Source: Abditibacterium sp. (GTDB lineage: Bacteria > Armatimonadota > Abditibacteriia > Abditibacteriales > Abditibacteriaceae). From it: a stretch of 64,000 nt of DNA. Under the pieces are notes generated by a model. It worked only from the letters and a program-made list of their open reading frames with translations. It was not told the origin of the DNA and did not search any database. Positions 48,703 through 56,814 of the stretch are shown in pieces. The stretch lies in NCBI GenBank assembly GCA_965199495.1, contig CBDASK010000003.1:3392001-3456000 (forward strand), in the 5' to 3' direction. The translations under genes were made by a program, and so were the position numbers. Positions within the stretch are counted from its first letter, which is position 1. Each line of letters opens with the position of its first letter.

Positions 48703-49629
48703 TTACATTTGCATCGAAGGCAAAAGCGTCAGAAATGCGACCCACAGCGCCCACAAAATGCCGTTGATAACCAAAGGTTTGTCGCGCAACATTTGTTCGG
48801 GTTCGCCGCCGACGGGCGAACCGTGCGCCAATAATAAATAGCGGAACACGCCGTAAATCACGAACGGAATCGAAGTCATCATTAAGGGCGTTTGCGCCAA
48901 GTTGCCCAACGGTTTAACCAAAGGCGCTTGGAAGGTGTAGAGCGAATACGAGATAATCGTCAGGCCCGCCGCGACCGAGATGAAAGTATCGAGCATTTCG
49001 GCGGTGTAACCTTTCAACACGCCGCGCGTGGCTCCGTCGCTGCCGACTTCTAAAAGTTCGGCGCGCCGTTTACATAAGGCGACGAACAAAGCGAGATTAA
49101 AGGTGCAGAACAGAATCCACGGCGAAATCAAAACCGGAATCGCCACGCAACCCGCGACAACGCGCACCACGAAACCCAGAGCCACGGCGAGAACATCAAT
49201 CACAACTTCGTGTTTGAGGCGCAGCGAGTAACTCACGGTTAAAGCGAAATAAGCCAATCCCGCCACGCCAAACCAACGCGATGCCGGGTGCGAAACGCCG
49301 ATGGCAATCGCCAAAATTGTGGCGGAGATTAACAAGCCGACGAATAAAAACAGCGCGCCACGCGGCGAAATGCGGCCCGCCGCCAACGGGCGATTGCGCT
49401 TAATCGGATGCAAACGGTCGCGTTCGATGTCGAGCCAATCGTTGAGCAAATAGGCCGCGCCCGACAACGCGCAAAAGCAGCCAAACGCCAGCAAAACGCG
49501 CAAGAGTTCGTCGAGCAAAACGCCGCCGGGCGCGCGCAGTCGTCCGGCGAAGATGAAGCCGCCGAAAAGCAAAGCGTTCTTGGCCCACTGGCGCGTGCGA
49601 ACGGCTTTGGAAATGTCACGAAATTTCAT
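48703..49629 (-). CDS. UbiA-family decaprenyl-phosphate phosphoribosyltransferase-like protein
   Basis: R..QWAKN, YLLND..DIERDRLHP.K..RPLAAG, LKH..VIDV, KRRAEL, YGVFRYL. Confidence 0.9.
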   Translation of the reverse strand: MKFRDISKAVRTRQWAKNALLFGGFIFAGRLRAPGGVLLDELLRVLLAFGCFCALSGAAYLLNDWLDIERDRLHPIKRNRPLAAGRISPRGALFLFVGLLISATILAIAIGVSHPASRWFGVAGLAYFALTVSYSLRLKHEVVIDVLAVALGFVVRVVAGCVAIPVLISPWILFCTFNLALFVALCKRRAELLEVGSDGATRGVLKGYTAEMLDTFISVAAGLTIISYSLYTFQAPLVKPLGNLAQTPLMMTSIPFVIYGVFRYLLLAHGSPVGGEPEQMLRDKPLVINGILWALWVAFLTLLPSMQM

Positions 49630-49677
49630 TGTTGGATAAATTGAGAGATTTAGTTTGAGGAGCGCGCTTCGCTTTCA

Positions 49678-49748
49678 GCGGGGCTGACGCCCTCTTCCAA
49701 TCGGGAATTTGTCTTTCCACCAAGATTGGAAGAGGGCGCAAGCCCCGC
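49678..49748. repeat. Family D palindrome
   Basis: GCGGGGCTGACGCCCTCTTCCAATC...GATTGGAAGAGGGCGCAAGCCCCGC. Confidence 0.85.
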
Positions 49749-49773
49749 ACAAAGCGAAGCGCACGTCAAATGA

Positions 49774-50868
49774 TTAAATCCCGCAACTCTCTCGCACCGC
49801 TTCCGCCTTTACGTTCTCGACTTTGACCATCGCGCCCAAACGCGACGGCAAAATGAAATTCACGCTGGCGCCGCGATTCTTTTTGTCCAAGGCCATCGCC
49901 GCCCATAACTCGTCCCAATTTAAATGATTGGGCACGCGCGTTGGCAAATCGCAACGCTCGAACAAACGCGTCTGTCGTGCCAACAAATCGGCGCCCGCCG
50001 TTTGGCTAATCGTGCCCAACTGCATCGCCAAACGCGCTTCGACCGTCATGCCAATGGCAATCGCTTCGCCGTGCAAATGGGCGCCGTATGCGCTGACAGC
50101 TTCGATGGCGTGCCCGACGGTGTGGCCGTAATTCAAAATCGCGCGCCGCCCGACGCTATCGCTTTCGCGCTCGTCTTGCCCGACGACATCGGCTTTAATC
50201 TGACACGAACGCGCGATAACGTGAGTCAACGCGTCAGGTTTTAGCGCCAAAACGTCGTCCAAGTTTTCTTCGAGCCAGCCGAAAAATTCGGCGTCGTCAA
50301 TCACACCATATTTGATGACTTCGGCCAAACCCGCGCGAACTTCTCGCGGCGGCAAAGTTTGCAGACAATTCGGGTCAACGATAACAGCCCGTGGCTGCCA
50401 GAAGGCGCCCAACAAGTTTTTGGCGCGCGGATGATTGACGCCGGTTTTGCCGCCGACACTTGAATCCACCATCGCCAGCAAAGTCGTCGGCACCTGCACC
50501 CACGAAACGCCGCGCATCCAACTGGCGGCGACAAAACCCGCCAAATCGCCGGTCACGCCGCCGCCCAGCGCCCACACGCAGCCACGCCGACTGAAGCGCG
50601 CATTTGCCAAAGCGTCGAAAGCAGTTTCCATCGTGGAAATAGATTTGAATTGCTCGCCGTCGCCCATGTTGAAACGCATCACTTTTTGGCCGCGATTTTC
50701 GAGTTGTGCTGTCAATTGGTCGGCGTAAAGCGGCGCGACGGATGCGTTGGATAAAAGCGCGATTTCGCCGGGAAGGGCGGCGTCGGGCAATTCGGGCAAT
50801 TGGGCGAGGGCGCCGCTTTCGATGATGATTGGATAAGCGCGCTCGGCGAGGGGAACGGTGACGATCAT
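49774..50868 (-). CDS. aroB: 3-dehydroquinate synthase
   Basis: DGEQFKS, GGGVTGD, PTTLLAMVDSSVGGKTG, LNYGHT.GHAIE, HGEA; the longer N-terminus in the ORF track is read-through of a repeat. Confidence 0.97.
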   Translation of the reverse strand: MIVTVPLAERAYPIIIESGALAQLPELPDAALPGEIALLSNASVAPLYADQLTAQLENRGQKVMRFNMGDGEQFKSISTMETAFDALANARFSRRGCVWALGGGVTGDLAGFVAASWMRGVSWVQVPTTLLAMVDSSVGGKTGVNHPRAKNLLGAFWQPRAVIVDPNCLQTLPPREVRAGLAEVIKYGVIDDAEFFGWLEENLDDVLALKPDALTHVIARSCQIKADVVGQDERESDSVGRRAILNYGHTVGHAIEAVSAYGAHLHGEAIAIGMTVEARLAMQLGTISQTAGADLLARQTRLFERCDLPTRVPNHLNWDELWAAMALDKKNRGASVNFILPSRLGAMVKVENVKAEAVRESCGI

Positions 50869-50942
50869 GGGCGCGCCATAGTTTGCCGCACGCGGGCGAT
50901 TCGGGTTTAAAGTTGCATAAGCTCCCTTGTTATTGGCTCTTC

Positions 50943-51088
50943 TGTCATTTCGAGTGAGGCACGAACCGAGAAATCTTGCGGCCCCGCGCCAGCGGAAACC
51001 ATGCTTTCTCCTCAACGTTGAAGTGTGATTGACCTGCGCTGCCGCGCGGGCGTAAGATTTCTCGGTTCGTGCCTCACTCGAAATGACA
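50943..51088. repeat. Palindromic repeat, family C variant
   Basis: TGTCATTTCGAGTGAGGCACGAACCGAGAAATCT and its perfect inverted partner. Confidence 0.85.
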
Positions 51089-51257
51089 ATGATAGGAGAC
51101 ATATGTTGAATTGCTAAACGCTCACAACTCGGCACTTGACGCGCTTTTAAACGTCTAAACCTTGCAGAAAACAACCGGGCGTGTTAAGATTGTTTGAGCG
51201 CCTTTCGCCCGAAGAAAATTTCGGAGAAATCGAGCGCCCACACCATCATGTTGAATT

Positions 51258-51330
51258 GGGTCGTTAGCTCAGTTGGTAGAGCAGGGGACTCTTAATCCCA
51301 AGGTCGTAGGTTCGATCCCTACACGGCCTA
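51258..51330 (+). tRNA. tRNA-Lys(CTT)
   Basis: GGGTCGTTAGCTCAGTTGGTAGAGC, anticodon loop CTCTTAA, GGTTCGATCCC; no encoded CCA. Confidence 0.95.
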
Positions 51331-51379
51331 CTCATTTCACGTCTATCGCCTTGCGGTGCAACCGGCAACGATAGCCACG

Positions 51380-51415
51380 ACGCGAGACTTCTGCTTCCAG
51401 AAGTCTCGCGTTTTT
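51380..51415 (+). terminator. Intrinsic terminator after tRNA-Lys
   Basis: ACGCGAGACTTCTG-CTTC-CAGAAGTCTCGCGTTTTT. Confidence 0.85.
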
Positions 51416-51448
51416 GTTTTTCCGTCTCTTTTTCACAATCCTAAATAT

Positions 51449-52843
51449 ATGTCTAATCATCCCAAATCCGAAGTCGTCGTTCGCAACGTGAACGGCCTAA
51501 TTTCGACGCAAGCCCCGCGCGAACGCGCGCTGTTGGGCGAACTTATTCTCAGCGAGCGCCCGGTCAAGCCGGAACTCGCCAATCATATCGAGGAGGAAAC
51601 CCCAGCCGATAGCCTCGAAGAACTCGCCGGTTTAGCCGATGCTGCGGGCGCAACTGTCGTCGGCGAAGTCTCGCAAAAGCGCGCCCAACCCGACGGCGCC
51701 ACGCTGTTTGGTTCGGGCAAAGTCGAGGAAATCAAACAACTCATTGACGAGCAAAACATCGAAGTTTTCATCGTTGACCGCGACTTATCGCCCGCGCAGG
51801 GCCGCAACTTGGAAAAGAAACTCGAATGTCGCGTCATTGATCGCACCGAATTAATCCTCGATATTTTCGCGCGCCGCGCGCAAACCAAACAGGCCAAATT
51901 GCAAGTCGAATTGGCGCAGTTGCGCTATCAACTGCCGCGATTGAAACGGATGTGGAGCCATTTGGAGCGTCAGGGCGGCAACATTGGAATGCGCGGGCCG
52001 GGCGAAACCCAGCTCGAAACCGATAAATCGTTGGCGCGCGACCGTATTTCGATGCTCGAAAAACAGTTGGGCACGATTCGTCGCCAGAAAGACATCGAAC
52101 AGGCCGGACGCTCCGAATTCGATTTGGGCGCTCTGGTTGGCTACACCAACGTCGGCAAAAGCGCGCTTCTGAACGCGTTGTCGCGCCCGACCGGCGACGG
52201 CGTGTTGGAAGCCGATATGTTGTTCGCGACATTGGGAGCCACGACGCGCAAAGTCGAATTGGGCGGAGGTCGCACCGTTTTGATGTCCGACACTGTTGGA
52301 CTCGTGCGCCGTTTGCCGCACAATTTGGTCGAGAGTTTTCATTCGACTTTGGCCGAAGTCAAAAACGCCGATTTTCTGTTGTGGGCCGTCAACGCCGCCG
52401 ACCCGGAAATGGAAGACAAATTGCGCGCCGTGCGCGAAGTTCTGGACGAACTCGAAGTTTTAGACACGCCGCATTTGTTGGTTTTAAACCAGTGCGATTT
52501 ATTGGACGCCGAACGCCGCGCCGAACTGGCCCATCGCTATCCGGACGCGGTTTTTACTTCGGCTTTAACCGGCGAAGGTTTGAATGATTTAAAAGAAGCG
52601 ATTTTCCAATTGCTCGATGAACAGGCGCAAGACATCGCGCTGGAATTGCCCGCCGCCAGCGAAAAAACTGGCAAAATTTTGGCGCAAATCGCGCTGCACG
52701 GACGCATTTTAGGTCAAGATTGGAGCAATGAAGGCGACGGCACCAATCCGCTTTTATGCGTGCAAGCGCGTCTGGCCAAACGTTGGTGGGAACTGGCGGG
52801 CGTCGAGCCATATTTGCAAAATGTGGGAGTGGGCGCACGCTGA
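51449..52843 (+). CDS. hflX: GTPase HflX
   Basis: GSGKVEE, ILDIFARRA, QVELAQL.Y, GPGETQLE.D, GYTNVGKS, LFATL, SDTVG. Confidence 0.96.
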   Translation: MSNHPKSEVVVRNVNGLISTQAPRERALLGELILSERPVKPELANHIEEETPADSLEELAGLADAAGATVVGEVSQKRAQPDGATLFGSGKVEEIKQLIDEQNIEVFIVDRDLSPAQGRNLEKKLECRVIDRTELILDIFARRAQTKQAKLQVELAQLRYQLPRLKRMWSHLERQGGNIGMRGPGETQLETDKSLARDRISMLEKQLGTIRRQKDIEQAGRSEFDLGALVGYTNVGKSALLNALSRPTGDGVLEADMLFATLGATTRKVELGGGRTVLMSDTVGLVRRLPHNLVESFHSTLAEVKNADFLLWAVNAADPEMEDKLRAVREVLDELEVLDTPHLLVLNQCDLLDAERRAELAHRYPDAVFTSALTGEGLNDLKEAIFQLLDEQAQDIALELPAASEKTGKILAQIALHGRILGQDWSNEGDGTNPLLCVQARLAKRWWELAGVEPYLQNVGVGAR

Positions 52844-52858
52844 ATTTAAATCAACCAA

Positions 52859-52888
52859 GGCGCCGTGGCTGCATGCAGCCACGGCGCC
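52859..52888. terminator. Perfect 30-bp palindrome made of two inverted CGTGGCT motifs between convergent genes
   Basis: GGCGCCGTGGCTGCATGCAGCCACGGCGCC; no clear U-tract, so a terminator role is inferred. Confidence 0.55.
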
Positions 52889-52893
52889 CCAAT

Positions 52894-54174
52894 TTAAATC
52901 TCGAACAACGCAAGTGACGCGAAACTGACGACGATGTTTTGGTCGCGATGGTACGCCTGATCGTAATCCAACAATTGCCCGCGCAGGTCGGGAAACGCCG
53001 CCATCAGCGTGTAAAGCGCCGGATGCGCGTCCACGTTGAAACGATTCTGGTCGCGCGCGAAATGCTGATGCAAATTGGCGCGGTCGCCCGCTTCGATTGA
53101 AGCGCACCAATTTCTGTCTTCGCGCGCGATTTCGCGCAGTTTTTCGGGCGTCAAAGTCGTGTCGTCGCCGAATTGCGTGCCGACGTGCGCGCCATCAACC
53201 GACGCGATAAACCCAATTTTGCGGCCCGCGTTTTCGTGTTGCTCCGTGACTTCGCGTAGCGCTTCGATGAAAGCAGCCACGCCGTCATCGGCGGTTTCGG
53301 GTGCATTTCCGGTTCGTAGACTTTCCCAGAAGCCGCCGCACAAAATCGGCACGATTTGGGCGTTATTTAGTTCGGCAAAGTGCTGGCACATGACCGCCGA
53401 AAATTCGATGGAATGTTCGTCTTTGTGAACGAAATTTTCGCTCAACAATTGCGGCCCGACGCGCGCGGCTAAATCCCCGACGAATTCGTGGTCGCATCGC
53501 ATGGTACCAAGCGGCGTTTGAAAATCTTTGTCGAGCGCGCAAAACGGGTAGCGCACGCCCGCGTGCGCGATGCCGAAAACGACGAGCGTGTCGAACGGTT
53601 TGCCGGTCGCGCGCACGTTTTCGATGAGCGGCGCGTAGGACGCCGCTTCGACGTGGCCGCCGCGATGAAAATCAATGTGCGGCGTCACGATGCCGCGCAC
53701 CTTTTCCGCTTCGTAAGCGCGCGCGGGCAAACGCGCTTCGCCGGTTGCAAGTTTGGCTTCCAAAAACGTGTTCAATTCGGCGGCCTTGGCCGGATACGAC
53801 CGCCCGGCAAACGCCGCCGGACGCGCTCTGGAATTTGTCCAATCGCTTTCGCGCGCGTCACGCTGCACGGCGAAACGCGGCGAATCGAGCAGCAAATTTT
53901 CGTCGAGTTCGTCGAGCAAACTTTCGATCCAATCGTCGGGCAAATCGGGATTGGCGCGGCGCACTAATTCGCCGATTTGCTCGGCGCTGTGCGTACCGTC
54001 GAGCAACATGAGCAAAGGCGCCAATCCGGCGTCCAACGCCAAATCGGGCGCGTAACCGGCGCGGTCGTGGAAAACCAAAAGTTCTTCGCCCGGTTCGTCG
54101 GGCGAGGGTACGCGCGAAATATCGAGGCGGCGCAAACGTGGGTTCATCGCGTCAAAGTTTAGACGGTTGGCCAT
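52894..54174 (-). CDS. MEMO1-like AmmeMemoRadiSam protein B with N-terminal extension
   Basis: RPAAFAGRSYP, PHID, FQTPLG, H..EHSIE, IVPILCG, IASVD.AHVG. Confidence 0.85.
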   Translation of the reverse strand: MANRLNFDAMNPRLRRLDISRVPSPDEPGEELLVFHDRAGYAPDLALDAGLAPLLMLLDGTHSAEQIGELVRRANPDLPDDWIESLLDELDENLLLDSPRFAVQRDARESDWTNSRARPAAFAGRSYPAKAAELNTFLEAKLATGEARLPARAYEAEKVRGIVTPHIDFHRGGHVEAASYAPLIENVRATGKPFDTLVVFGIAHAGVRYPFCALDKDFQTPLGTMRCDHEFVGDLAARVGPQLLSENFVHKDEHSIEFSAVMCQHFAELNNAQIVPILCGGFWESLRTGNAPETADDGVAAFIEALREVTEQHENAGRKIGFIASVDGAHVGTQFGDDTTLTPEKLREIAREDRNWCASIEAGDRANLHQHFARDQNRFNVDAHPALYTLMAAFPDLRGQLLDYDQAYHRDQNIVVSFASLALFEI

Positions 54175-54453
54175 TCAACCTGCGTCGTGCGCGAGCAACA
54201 CGCTCTCGCACGAAATCTCGCTCGCCATCAATTGTTCTGCTTCGGTTTTGGAAATACTCAATCGCTTGTATCGGCCCGTCAACTCACCGGAAATATAGCC
54301 TAAAACGTAGGTTTCGTCTTTGAGGTAAACCGACCAATACGGCCCGCGAAACAGTTCGTTGGGTTCAAGCGGCGACGGCACAAAAGGCGGCGCAGATTTA
54401 ATCGTGTAAAAAGGATTGTCGTCCATATCAGAATGGATGTCGGCGCTCCACAT
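54175..54453 (-). CDS. Small hypothetical protein
   Basis: Fills the gap between co-directional genes; start may be 54426. Confidence 0.5.
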   Translation of the reverse strand: MWSADIHSDMDDNPFYTIKSAPPFVPSPLEPNELFRGPYWSVYLKDETYVLGYISGELTGRYKRLSISKTEAEQLMASEISCESVLLAHDAG

Positions 54454-54462
54454 CGCGTTGCC

Positions 54463-55708
54463 TTATCTTTTTCGCAAAATCACGACGCGATTAGAATTGG
54501 TGCCACGCGCGCCGTTGGTCACGCCCCACAAATGCGCGGTTTTGGTAAATTCCTGCGCATTAACGACAATGCACTCGATTTCAAACCCGACAGTTGCGCC
54601 GATTTGAACGGCTTCGATTTCCAATCGCACTTTCTTTGCGGCGACTTCGCCGACTTCAAAACAGAGCGCGCCGCCCGGTTTTAAAACACGATGCCATTCG
54701 ACAAACGCGCGCTGCATCCAGGCGCGCCATTGATTTAAGTCGCGCGTTTGCCATAAATTTAGCGGCTCCAAATCGCGTCCACAAAACCACGCGCGCAACC
54801 AATTATCGAGTTTGTAATCCACGACATCCAGAAACGGCGGCGAGGTGACGATCAGATCAACCGATTCGTTTGATGCAGCCACATCGTCTGCCGCGCCCGT
54901 CCAAATGCGATGATTCAGGCCAAAATCACAAAAGTCGTCGCGCAACAATTGCCGCGATTTGCGCGCGATGAGTTTGCGCGTGTCGCGGTAAGTCGGAGTT
55001 TGCGCGCGCTTCTCGTTAATCTTTTGCTGCGATTGGAGCGCAACCGCTTGATTAGGCGGCATCGTGTAAACCGAGAAAAAGCCGGGCGAATGTCCAGTCA
55101 GACGATTGGCCGCCACCATTTCGAGCCACGCATCAACGTTGTCGAAATCGTCTGTTAAACGTCGCAAGTTGAAATAACGCCGCCACGCTTCGAGTTCTTG
55201 GAGAGTTTGGCGCTCGAAGAAAACCAGCAGTTCTTCGTTTTGCAGCGGCGCGATTGGCAATTCGATTTCGCGTAACCGTGCCTCGATTTGCGCCAACTTC
55301 GGTGGCCTCACGCGCGGCGTGGCTAATGTTTGCGCGACCGGATTCAAATCGCTGCCCAGCGCGCGACGTCCCAAAAGCGCCGCTTCAATCGGCGTCGTGC
55401 CGCGTCCCATTGAACGGATCGAAAACCGTGTCGCCGGGCATGGTTAGTCGTTCGATAAAAAAGCGCGGCACCTGCGGTTTAAAACACGCGCGATACGAAA
55501 CTTCGTGCAACAAATGGCACGCGCGCTGACGTGAAGTCCAAAACTCGTTGATGTAAACCGCGACTTGTCCGCCGTCGAACTCCCAATTTTCATATTGCGT
55601 CGGCGTGCCGAACTCGTTGAAGTCACGCAATTGTGCATGGAAATCGTCCCAACTCTGGCAAGTCTGAATTGGCGCGAGTTCGATATCAGGAAATAAGGAG
55701 GCTTGCAT
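54463..55708 (-). pseudogene. Amino-DNA methyltransferase, split by a 1-bp insertion (or sequencing error)
   Basis: SAM motif DPF|MGRGTT broken at 55410-55411 (TTC-A-ATG-GGA); catalytic TSPPF downstream; YRACFKPQ.P upstream. Confidence 0.85.
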
Positions 55709-55723
55709 GGGTCGAATCCCCAA

Positions 55724-56767
55724 CTACTCATCTTCAAAAGGCGATGAGTCCTCTATCATCTGGAATCTCAAGCGGCGAGGAGAATCCATTACTTCGTTAA
55801 TCTTCTCTTCAAATGGCAATCGTTTAGTTGCTTCTGTGGCCTTTGCACAATGGAACTCTTTGGTAAATCCGAGAATAATTTCATCTTCAGTTAAGGCAAG
55901 AGGCTGAGCGTCATGAAGATACGCCGCAGCCGCTACACCTATCTTTTTCCTAATCCTCATAATTACTGCTGGCCACAATTCTACCAAATCGTCAAAATTA
56001 TGGATCCTCCTGGGCTTGTGATGCAATTGAGCGGGATTATTTTCTGAGAACGGATCGGAATCAGAAGGTGAGGAATCTTCTGGTTTAGTAGTAGCGAATG
56101 GCGGACTCAAGACATTCGATTGCTTTGAGATCGGGGAGAAATCTCTGCTCGCTTTCGGTCGTCCTTGTGCTACTTCCACAACTTTACGAAGCGCTGAAAT
56201 CTCACCACCTTGAACGCGCAGAAGTTCTAACGCCTCCTGTAACATCTCGTCAGACGAGCGCGCTGGCGCTGGATTTTGAATTGGTAACTCAGTCGCCTCT
56301 TGTAATTTACTTTCCAATTCCGGCCAACAACGCTCGAAATTACGATTTAGTCGCTCATCCGAAAGTGGTTTCTCCTCATGGTTTGCGAGACATCCATTGA
56401 TGCTTTGAAGTAACTTGAAAACTTCGTCACGATCAACAGAAGTATGTTGAAACATAGCGAGAGGAAATTCTACTTCTGCGGGCTTTATATCCAACAGAAA
56501 AGTTTAAGTGTGGGCGACGCGCGCCTTTGCCAATGCTCCCGCTTCGAAATGCAGCCATTTGGAATCGAGATTATCTTGAGTTAAGCAAAGAATACCGATA
56601 GGCGCTTGTTCTAAGCCGGACATGATTTCATCTGCCCATCGTTTGCCCTTCTCAATTTCCGTAGACATCCAAGGCTCAACGGCTTGCACAACATCGCCTA
56701 ACCAATTGGTTAGAGCTTCTGCGACTCTCCTGCTTCGTGGCCCAGACCAAGAAATAAAAACTTGCAT
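55724..56767 (-). pseudogene. TIR-domain protein with a DnaX/DnaA-like C-terminal domain, interrupted by one in-frame TAA
   Basis: VFISWS, WLHFEAGAL TIR motifs; TAA at 56504-56506 followed in the same frame by TFLLDIKP...PLAMFQ, continuing the TIR fold. Confidence 0.8.
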
Positions 56768-56775
56768 AATAATTT

Positions 56776-56810
56776 GAAAGCGCCGCCCAAAAATTTTGGG
56801 CGGCGCTTTC
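56776..56810 (-). terminator. Hairpin downstream of aspS
   Basis: GAAAGCGCCGCCCAAA-AAT-TTTGGGCGGCGCTTTC. Confidence 0.75.
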
Positions 56811-56814
56811 GAGT

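Noticed and set aside
50869..51174. 100-aa N-terminal extension of AroB
   Set aside because: Read-through of a family C palindrome; homology starts at MIVTVPL
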